Positions 9,665-18,500 of a stretch of DNA of 64,000 nucleotides are shown here, piece after piece. The first letter of the stretch is position 1, and each line of letters opens with the position of its first letter. The notes under the pieces are model-generated. The model searched no databases and was not told the origin of the DNA. It saw only the letters and a list, made by a program, of their open reading frames with translations. This DNA comes from Lysobacterales bacterium (GTDB lineage: Bacteria > Pseudomonadota > Gammaproteobacteria > Xanthomonadales > SZUA-5), in contig JALHMH010000003.1 of assembly GCA_022844165.1 (NCBI GenBank), forward strand, positions 64,001 to 128,000, in the 5' to 3' direction. The position numbers and the translations under genes are program-made.

Positions 9665-11014
9665 CTATGGGTTGCGCAGTGTTTCGCAATACGCGGCTTC
9701 GAAAACCTCGCGTTGCGCATGTCGACCATTTTTGATGACACTTCGGCCAGCAACAATCACTGTCTTGAGCGGGCGCCGCGCGGTGGCGAATATCCAGGCC
9801 GGCAGCACATTGTGATCGGTCATGGCGGCAAACGCCGCATCGTCCGGATCGAGTTCGAGGAAATCGGCATCGGCGCCGACCGCGATTCCACCAGCCCCAG
9901 CGCCGCACGCCTGCGCGCCGCCCAGTACCGCCTCCGACCATAGATTAGTGGCGACATCGGGTTTGTCCGCACTCGCCAACTCGTTGCGCCGCCCCGACGC
10001 CAGGCGCGCTTGATATTCGAGCCATCGCAGCTCTTCGCGCGGGTCTAAGCCGACATGGCTATCGGAACCGATGCCAAAACGCCCGCCGAGCCGGCGAAAT
10101 TCACCGATCTCAAACAGACCATCGCCGAGATTGGCTTCGGTAGTCGGGCACAATCCAACCACAGCGCCGCAACGCGATATCGCCTCCAATTCGGTGGATG
10201 ACGCATGCGTGGCGTGCACCAGACAGAAGCGCCGATCGACGGGCGCGATGTCCATCAATCGATCGATCGGATAACGGCCATGCATCACCAGGCAGTCTTC
10301 CAATTCGCGGCGTTGCTCGGCGATGTGGATATGGATCGGGCGATTGCTCAGCTCATCGTGCGCGCACAACGTGGCAATGATCTGGGCATCGACGGCGCGC
10401 AAACTGTGGATGGCGGCGCCCAGGCGGAAACCTTCGTCCCTTGCTGCAAGCGAATCCAGCAAATACAGGTAATCGTCGAGAGCGAAGGCAAAGCGTTGCT
10501 GCCGAGGCGCCAGCGGTTCGTCGCGAAAGCCACCGCGTTGATACAACGTTGGCAGCAGCGTCAATCCAATACCGGCCTCCTGAGCGGCGGCGATGAGCGC
10601 ATCGCTCATGGCACTCATCGGCGCGTAATGATTGCCGTTGGCGCGATGGTGCACATAGTGGAATTCGCACACACGTGTGTAACCGGCCTCCAGCATATCC
10701 GCGTACAACAACCGGGCAATCACGAACAGTCGATCCGGATCGAGTGTCGCGGCCTCGCGGTACATCGCCTCGCGCCAGGTCCAGAAGCTATCGTCGGGCT
10801 TTTCGAAACACTCGGCGCGTCCGGCCATCGCGCGCTGAAACGCATGTGAATGCAGATTCGGCATGCCGGGCAGTACATAACGCCCGAGATGGTCGGCCCC
10901 GGCTCGCGGCGCAGCAGTTTGCACGTCGACGATCACCCCGCGATCGACACCGATTTGCACGTCGCTCTGCCATCGCCCCTGCACCAGCGCAAAATCGGCG
11001 AACCATCGACGCAT
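9665..11014 (-). CDS. hutF: Formimidoylglutamate deiminase
   Basis: PGMPNLHSHAFQRAMAG, SFWTWRE, EFHYVHH, HSLRAV, HIHIAEQ, CPTTEANLGDG and GSDSH motifs. Start likely 11014 (alternative 11044). Confidence 0.93.
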   Translation of the reverse strand: MRRWFADFALVQGRWQSDVQIGVDRGVIVDVQTAAPRAGADHLGRYVLPGMPNLHSHAFQRAMAGRAECFEKPDDSFWTWREAMYREAATLDPDRLFVIARLLYADMLEAGYTRVCEFHYVHHRANGNHYAPMSAMSDALIAAAQEAGIGLTLLPTLYQRGGFRDEPLAPRQQRFAFALDDYLYLLDSLAARDEGFRLGAAIHSLRAVDAQIIATLCAHDELSNRPIHIHIAEQRRELEDCLVMHGRYPIDRLMDIAPVDRRFCLVHATHASSTELEAISRCGAVVGLCPTTEANLGDGLFEIGEFRRLGGRFGIGSDSHVGLDPREELRWLEYQARLASGRRNELASADKPDVATNLWSEAVLGGAQACGAGAGGIAVGADADFLELDPDDAAFAAMTDHNVLPAWIFATARRPLKTVIVAGRSVIKNGRHAQREVFEAAYCETLRNP

Positions 11015-11068
11015 AGGTCTTCGCTTGCGAGTTTCGTTGGCCATAATCCTACGCCGAAGGAGGTGACC

Positions 11069-12286
11069 ATGTGGGATCGTTTGATACTCGCGCCAAATGT
11101 CTGGACCGGCGGCGCCAACGCGCGACTTCTGAGTCAGGCAGCGCTCGGGATCGATGCCGGGCGAATCCGTTATGTGGGTCCGGCGAAAGATCTGCCGAAT
11201 GAACCTCAGCGTCTCGCACGCCAGGTCGAACAGCATCGCCAGGGGCTGCTGACGCCGAGTCTGGTCGATTGCCACACGCATCTGGTGTTCGCTGGCGATC
11301 GCAGCGATGAATTCGCGCAGCGTCAGGCCGGTGCCAGTTATGCACAAATTGCGGCGCGCGGTGGCGGCATCCTGGCAACGGTGCGCGCGACACGCGCGGC
11401 GAGCGTCGAACAACTGGTCGAAACTGCCGCCCCGCGCATGCAACAGCTGATTGCCGATGGCGTGGCCGCATTCGACATCAAATCCGGATATGGCCTGGAT
11501 CTGGACAGCGAACGGCGCATGCTGCAAGCGGCACGCGCACTGGGGCGCCGCTTCGGCGTTACTGTTCGCACCAGCTATCTGGCGCTGCACGCGGTGCCGA
11601 ATGATGTGGATCGCGGCCGATACATCGATGCCGCCATCGACTGGCTGCCGACGTTGCATGCGGAAGCGCTGATCGATGCGGTCGATGCTTATCACGAGCA
11701 CCTGGCATTCACCAGCGCAGAAGTCGCCAAGCTGTTCGAATGTGCGGCCTCGTTGGGCGTGCCAGTGCGCCTGCACGCCGATCAGCTCAGTGCGCAGGGT
11801 GGTGCATCCCTGGCAGCGCAGTTCCGGGCGCTATCGGCCGATCATCTGGAATACACCGATGACGCCGGCATCGCCGCGATGGCGGGCGCGGGGACGGTGG
11901 CCGTCATTCTGCCAGCGGCTTTTCTCGTGCTCCGCGAAAAGCAGGCGCCGCCGATCGCGGCCCTGCGCGCGGCGGGCGTACCCATGGCGATCGCCAGCGA
12001 TCTCAATCCTGGCACCTCACCGCTGTTATCGGTGCGTTTGGCGATGGGATTGGCCGTCAATTTGTTCGGCATGACGGTTGATGAGGCCCTGTTGGGCGCA
12101 ACCGCGCACGCATCGCGGGCGCTCGGGCTGGGCACTGACGCCGGCGTTCTGGACGTCGGCGCCCGCGCCGACATCGCTCGCTGGGCGGTCGACCGTCCAG
12201 ATGCACTCGCATATTGGTTGGGCGGCGAACTTTGCCAGGAGACCATCGCTGGCGGCCTGACGGTGTTTCGGCGCAAGGCGCGTTGA
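11069..12286 (+). CDS. hutI: Imidazolonepropionase
   Basis: DCHTHLVF, GGGILATV, KSGYGL, LHADQL, SADHLE and DLNPGTSP motifs. AAGGAGG RBS before ATG 11069. Confidence 0.95.
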   Translation: MWDRLILAPNVWTGGANARLLSQAALGIDAGRIRYVGPAKDLPNEPQRLARQVEQHRQGLLTPSLVDCHTHLVFAGDRSDEFAQRQAGASYAQIAARGGGILATVRATRAASVEQLVETAAPRMQQLIADGVAAFDIKSGYGLDLDSERRMLQAARALGRRFGVTVRTSYLALHAVPNDVDRGRYIDAAIDWLPTLHAEALIDAVDAYHEHLAFTSAEVAKLFECAASLGVPVRLHADQLSAQGGASLAAQFRALSADHLEYTDDAGIAAMAGAGTVAVILPAAFLVLREKQAPPIAALRAAGVPMAIASDLNPGTSPLLSVRLAMGLAVNLFGMTVDEALLGATAHASRALGLGTDAGVLDVGARADIARWAVDRPDALAYWLGGELCQETIAGGLTVFRRKAR

Positions 12287-12430
12287 ATGACGGGGGCCTG
12301 CGCCTTCTGGCCCGTCAGCGCCGCTGCGGCAGAAAAGGTGCGACACTGCGATGCTCGTCGCATTCGGTCATGAAGTGTGCAGCATCGTCCAACAATTGTA
12401 CGCTATCCTTCCAACTCTTAACGTAATCAG

Positions 12431-12865
12431 TTGCGAAATCGCAACGGATGTGACGTGCTGTTTCATCAAGCCTGTCTGCGAGCGGGGTATCAATTGAAGG
12501 AAGAGACTTGGTCCGGCGAAGGCGAATTATTCCTTCACGGCAGTGGCGTCCGACTCATTGCAATCTCAGGCAGCAACGATGTAAGCATCACCTGCGCTGG
12601 GTCCGTACACGTGATTCTCAAAGGCAGCGTGGACACCGCCGTCTTCGACGTGAACGGTTCGTGCATGCTGGATGCACGACGTCTTCAGGCAAAACGGGTC
12701 AATATCGAAATCGGCGGTAGCGCTGCCGCCCGCGTAAACGCCAGCGAGGAGTTGCGGGTGTGGGCTTTCGGGTCCTCCCGGGTGACCCAGTATGGGGCTG
12801 GGAAAATCGTCAGTTCGCGCACGGAAGGCAGCGCTCGCGTGTTGTCCAGGGATCTTCCCGAATAG
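12431..12865 (+). pseudogene. Probable truncated GIN/DUF2807 beta-helix domain protein
   Basis: Repeating xxGSxxV units (SGSNDV, AGSVHV, NGSCML, GGSAAA, FGSSRVTQYG) like DUF2807. TTG start, no signal peptide, N-terminal part appears missing. Confidence 0.5.
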
Positions 12866-13001
12866 CCGTGATTGAAGGGCACCGACTGAATGCCAGCCTG
12901 GCCCGAGACGATGAGACCGCGAAGCACTCGATCACCGATCGAATGGCCAAAGCAGCCAGTATGGCTGCGTAGAACCAACCTACAAAATCTCTGAGGCAGG
13001 A

Positions 13002-15449
13002 ATGGAATCGGCTTTGGCGGTCTTCAGTTTTGCGGCGCGTCGCTTACGGAAAAGGTGGGGAATTACTCTGGTTGTAGTGTTGTCGATCAGCATCGGCGTC
13101 GCCGCCAGCACAACGACACTTGGGTGGGTTCAATCCATTCTTGTCAATCCCCTTCCGACCGTCCCAGACCAGGACCGCATCCTGGCACTCGTCAGCAAGA
13201 CGAATTCCGGTGAGCGTCTGGCCACATCCAACGCCGACTTCCGCGACTTGAAAGAGTCAATGTCGACCCTGACCGGACTTGCCGCCTTTCGCGAAGACTC
13301 TCTGAGCTTTGAGAGAAACGGAAACAGCAGGCGAATCTGGGCGATGTCCGTATCGGGGGGATTCTTCGATGTGCTTGAGATCAGGCCAGTGATCGGCACC
13401 TTCTTCGGATCCGACCCCGCGTCCGTCGACACCACCGGTGGCGCACGCCTTGCGGTCATCAGCTATCGGTTATGGGAGGACGAATTTCTGAGGGATCCAT
13501 CCGTCATCGGGTCAAAGCTATTGCTCAACGGACAAGCGTACACCGTGTCGGGTGTCGCGCCAGCGGGCTTCGATGGGACGGTGGTAGGCCTTGCCTTTGA
13601 TCTTTGGGTTCCGTTGATGCAACGCGACGCATTGCTTGGAGGCGACAACCAATGGCAGGAGGAACGGCGACACCGTTCGCTCAACGTCATCGGCAAGCGA
13701 AGTGGGCTAAGTTCGCTCGAGGATGTTCAAGTGGAACTGGGGGTGGTTGCCGCCAGGCTGGCCCGTGATTATCCAGAACAAAACGTCGGTATCAGCTTTC
13801 AGGCCCTAAAGTTCGCGGATGCGCCATTCGGTGCTCAATCGCTGCTCGCCGATCGGTTGAAACTGATGTATGTCGCCAGCGGTCTTGTGCTTTTGATCGT
13901 CTGCGTCAACCTGATCACGCTCCTTCTGGTACTCACAACGGAACGTCAGCGCGAGTTCGGCGTGCGTTCGGCGCTCGGCGCTACACGCAGCACGATTTTC
14001 CTGCAGGTCCTCGCGGAGGGCGTACTCTTGGGTCTGCTGGCGGCCGCATTGAGCATTCTGGCGGCGCACTATCTTTCGGGTCTGTTGCGCTTTTTTGTAC
14101 CGGATCTGGATCTTCCGATCGCCCTCGAACCCAGGACAGATCGAGTCACCTTGGTCTATGCCCTCGGCGCATCGGTCTGCACTGCCGTGCTCGCCAATTT
14201 TCTGCCAGCAATTCGCGCTTCCAGCATCGATCTCACTCGCGCGCTAACCGACATCACCCGAAGTCAGTCCGTCAGCCGGACTGAGCAACATGTGCAAACG
14301 ACTTTGGTCGTAGCGCAAATTGCCCTTGCTTACATAGCACTCTCCAGTGCCGCGCTGTTCTTAAACGGATACAAATCGCTCACAGAAAGAGATTTGGGAT
14401 TCGAGGCGTCGGGCGTAACGCTCATGGCAACCGCGGCGACTCGTCCCGGACTTGACGCGGCAGCGGTGATTGCATACGCCAACCGGTTACAGACTGGACT
14501 CGTTGAAACGCCCGGCGTTCGATCTGCGGCCTTTGCGGAGTGGGTCCCGATGGGCCTGCACGGTGGCTCCTGGGAGGAGTTGCAGGTGCAAGGGTATTCG
14601 CCAGCGCAGGACGAGAACATGAGGATCCTCAGAAACCTCGTGAGTCCCGCCTATTTCGAGACGATCGGAGTCCCAATTTTGTCGGGACGAGACTTTAGCT
14701 CTCGCGACGTCGGCGAGGCGCCGGCCGTAGCCATCATCAACGAGGAGTTTGCCCGGCGGTTTTTCCGCGGGCGGGATCCGCTGGGTATGCGCCTGATCGG
14801 GTGGGGCCGAGAACTCACGGTGGTGGGGATCGCCCGCGACAGCCGATACACGAAAGCCAATGAACCGCCTCGTCCGTACTTTTATGTCCCGTTTGCGCAA
14901 TTTGCCAATCCTGGGATGTACCCCGTGTTTCACATCTCGTCAGCGATTTCAGCGCGCGAAGCGTCCGAAATGGCCATGTCTGCGTCCCGAAATGCCGGCT
15001 CGGAGATCTATGCCATTTGGACCAAACCGATGTCGAAGTACATCCAGGCTTCGCTTTTCGGCGAAAGAGTAACCGCCATCATCCTTGGCGCACTGGGTGC
15101 TGCGGCCATCTTCATCGCCGCACTGGGCATCTACGGAATGATGGCTTACTCCGTTGCACAAAGAGTGTCCGAAATGGGCACGCGAATGGCACTGGGCGCT
15201 TCGTCGAGGATCGTCCTGGGACTCGTTGCGCGGCGCGGAGCCAGGTTGACCGTGGCAGGCATTGCTACTGGTTTGCTCGGAGCGATCGTAGCCGGGGAAA
15301 AACTGCGAGCACTGATTGGCGGCGTCGTGTCGGAGTTGTGGATTCACGCTGCGGTTGTAACGGCCCTGGCGCTTGTCGCGATGCTCGCGTGCCTGGTGCC
15401 GGGACTGAGAATCGCCCGCCTGCAGCCGGTGGACAGCTTGAAGGGCTGA
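13002..15449 (+). CDS. Duplicated MacB/FtsX-type ABC permease (ADOP-like), no ATPase in window
   Basis: Two MacB_PCD+FtsX halves, RQREFGVRSALGA and RVSEMGTRMALGA motifs, about 815 aa, no Walker A. Confidence 0.88.
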   Translation: MESALAVFSFAARRLRKRWGITLVVVLSISIGVAASTTTLGWVQSILVNPLPTVPDQDRILALVSKTNSGERLATSNADFRDLKESMSTLTGLAAFREDSLSFERNGNSRRIWAMSVSGGFFDVLEIRPVIGTFFGSDPASVDTTGGARLAVISYRLWEDEFLRDPSVIGSKLLLNGQAYTVSGVAPAGFDGTVVGLAFDLWVPLMQRDALLGGDNQWQEERRHRSLNVIGKRSGLSSLEDVQVELGVVAARLARDYPEQNVGISFQALKFADAPFGAQSLLADRLKLMYVASGLVLLIVCVNLITLLLVLTTERQREFGVRSALGATRSTIFLQVLAEGVLLGLLAAALSILAAHYLSGLLRFFVPDLDLPIALEPRTDRVTLVYALGASVCTAVLANFLPAIRASSIDLTRALTDITRSQSVSRTEQHVQTTLVVAQIALAYIALSSAALFLNGYKSLTERDLGFEASGVTLMATAATRPGLDAAAVIAYANRLQTGLVETPGVRSAAFAEWVPMGLHGGSWEELQVQGYSPAQDENMRILRNLVSPAYFETIGVPILSGRDFSSRDVGEAPAVAIINEEFARRFFRGRDPLGMRLIGWGRELTVVGIARDSRYTKANEPPRPYFYVPFAQFANPGMYPVFHISSAISAREASEMAMSASRNAGSEIYAIWTKPMSKYIQASLFGERVTAIILGALGAAAIFIAALGIYGMMAYSVAQRVSEMGTRMALGASSRIVLGLVARRGARLTVAGIATGLLGAIVAGEKLRALIGGVVSELWIHAAVVTALALVAMLACLVPGLRIARLQPVDSLKG

Positions 15450-15509
15450 CTTGTGGCGAATCGTGTCCTAAGCATCGGCATCTCAAAAATCGACACTCAA
15501 GGATCTCCA

Positions 15510-18500
15510 ATGCGCAACGACCTATCGGCATTCACATCTATCGTTGACATCGTAAGAATGCGTGCCCGGGCGGAGCCGAAAAGCGTTGCCTTTCGTTTCT
15601 TAAAGTACCGGCCCAAAGAGGAATCGCTCGTCCTGACGTCCGAAGCTCTGGATGCACGGGCGAAGTCCATCGCTGCCGCTTTGCAACAACACGCTCAGCG
15701 CGGCGATCGGGTGCTGCTGCTTTTTCGGCCAGGCACGGACTTCGTTTGCGCCTTTCTGGGTTGCTTGTATGCGGGAATGGTGGCAGTCCCGTCGAGCGTC
15801 CCTCGATTCGGGCACGGCACGGAACGTCTGCGACGAATCGCCGCGAATGCCGGTGCTTCGATTGCATTGTCCTCATCAGGCGTCTTTGCAGCCATTCGCG
15901 CCGAAGCCAGCCATATAGCGCCCCGCTGGATTGAAATGGAGGACATCGCCGAGACTGATACGAGCGATTCTCTGCAACTTTCTTCAGACGATATCGCGTT
16001 TCTCCAGTACAGCTCGGGTTCCACTGGAGACCCGAAAGGCGTGGTGGTGACGCATGCCAACCTGATGCATCAACTGGCGCTTTTCGCCACCGCCAGCGCT
16101 GCCACGCGGGATAGTTGCATGGTGTCCTGGTTGCCTGTGTTTCACGACCTTGGATTGATCGCAGGGGTTCTTCACCCACTCTATAGCGGCTTTCCCGGCG
16201 TCTTGCTGGCACCGGAGTCGTTTGTCGAAAAACCTGAGCGCTGGCTGCGGGCGATTGCCTCTTTTCGGGCCGATATGACGGCAGCTCCGAATTTTGCGTA
16301 CCAACTTTGCGCTCGGGCCATTTCCGATCAGGAGATGAAGGGTATCGATCTCGCATCGCTGCGTTTCGCATTGAACGGCGCCGAGCCGATCCGCCCATCG
16401 ACGCTGGAGCGATTCGCACAGCGTTTTTCTGCCTGGGGGTTTGATCCTTCTGCCTTCTACCCGGCCTACGGATTGGCGGAAGCCACGCTGCTGGTGACGG
16501 GTGGTGGCGCTCAGGGGGCGAGACCGACGGTCAAGTCCTTCAATTCGCAGTCGTTGGATGACGGCTTTGCGGTACCGGTATTGGACGGTACACCCGGTGC
16601 AAGATGCCTCGCCGCGTCAGGGATGACCATCGAAGGCCAATCTGTGCGCATCGTGGACCCAGAAAAAACCACGGATCTGGGCGCTATGCAAGTCGGCGAG
16701 ATCTGGGTTTCTGGTCAGAGCGTTTGTCGCGGCTATTGGCAGCGCTCTGCAACAACGGAAGAGACCTTCGGGCAGGTGGTGGCGGGGCAGCAACATCCTT
16801 GCTGGCTGCGGACGGGGGATCTGGGATTCCTGTGCGATGGCGAACTCTTCGTTTGCGGCCGCCTGAAAGACCTCCTCCTGATCCGCGGCAGGAACCTTCA
16901 TGCGCCGGATATTGAGGCGACCGTCGAGACGGTTCACGACGGCCTGCGCCCCAATTGCGGTGTCGCGTTTCCGGTGGATATTGAGGGCGAGGAGCGTCTC
17001 GTCGTTGCCCACGAAGTAGACCGGGAGGCCAAATTCGACGATGAGCGACTACTGGAACTCGCGCAAAGCGTTGCAAAGGCCATCGCGCTGCATCATGAGG
17101 TCATGGTTCACGCCGTCGTCCTTCTAAGGCACGGCACAGTGCCGAAAACTTCGAGCGGTAAGCTCCAGCGAAGAGAGGCGCGTCAGCGTTTTCTACAAGG
17201 GAACTTAAAGTCGGTGTTTTCCTGGTCGCCCCCGGCACCAGACCTTGGCGCACCCCAGACACCGGATGCCGCAATCGATGCTCCCACGGATCAAACCCGG
17301 TTGCAGCATCTGCTCGTAGAGGGTCTGGCGGCGATCCTTGGCGTACCCGGAAGCGAAGTCGACATCGATCGGCCGTTCGCCCAATACGCTTTGGATGCGG
17401 CGGGAAAACTCAGGGTCGTCCGCCTGCTGGAGTCAAAGCTGCAACGACCGCTTCCTGCCACTTTGCTTGACGACTTCAAGAACATCAAAGAGCTATGCGA
17501 GACCGGGCAGATTTCCTTCGCCGGAAATGGAGACGGCCTATCGTCCGATGAGCTGGTCAAGGCCGCAGCGGGTGCAATCGCCGCCAGGCCCGCTGGAATG
17601 GTCGAGGACAAAATTGCGATCGTTGGTATCGGCTGCCGATTTCCGGGAGCCGCGAATCCCAGAGACTTCTGGAAGCTGCTGATCGAAGGCGTCGATGCCG
17701 TTACCGAGGTGCCGGCGGATCGTTGGGACATCGACGAGGTATACGACGCTAACCCGCTTGCGTCGAGGAAAATGAACACGCGGTGGGGTGGGTTCGTCGA
17801 AGATATCGATAAGCTCGACCGCAACTTCTTCGGACTGTCCATCCGTGAAGCCGTGCGCATGGATCCGCAGCATCGGTTGATGCTCGAGGTCGCCTGGGAA
17901 GCGCTGGAAGACGCAGGCATTGATCCCGCTACGCTGGCAAACACACAGTCCGGTGTGTTCGTCGGGATCTCGGGTAGTGATTACGCTCAAATGCAGTTTG
18001 GCGACGCATCGTTGGTCGACGCCTACGCGGGACTCGGCTGCGCATTGACCATCGCAGCAAGCAGGATTTCGCACTTCTTGAACCTGCGTGGGCCTGCGAT
18101 CGCGGTCGACACAGCGTGTTCCTCGTCATTGAGTGCGCTTCATCTCGCCTGCGTCAGCTTGCGTCGCGGCGAATGCGAAACCGCTCTGGTTGGCGGCGTG
18201 AACATCTTGCTTTCGCCTGTCGTCACGATGTGCTTGACCAAGGCGGGAATGATGTCGGCCGACGGCCGCTGCAAGGCTTTCGATAGCAGAGCCAATGGCT
18301 ATGTCCGCGCCGAAGGCGCTGGCATTGTCGTGTTGAAGCCACTTTCAAGGGCAATTGCCGATGGGAACGAGATCTATGCGGTCGTTCGCGGTACCGCGTC
18401 GAATCAGGATGGAAGAAGCAGCGGCATCGCGGCACCCAATGGCGAAGCGCAGCAACGCGTTGTTCTAGCCGCTTGCGCAGATGCGGGAATTGCCCCTGGC

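Noticed and set aside
11045-11776. Long N-terminal extension of the hutF ORF (and of hutI from 10850)
   Set aside because: Antisense shadow of the opposite gene; homology and RBS indicate starts at about 11014 and 11069.
15453-15509. GTG start for the PKS given in the track
   Set aside because: ATG 15510 has a better RBS and coincides with the start of FAAL homology.
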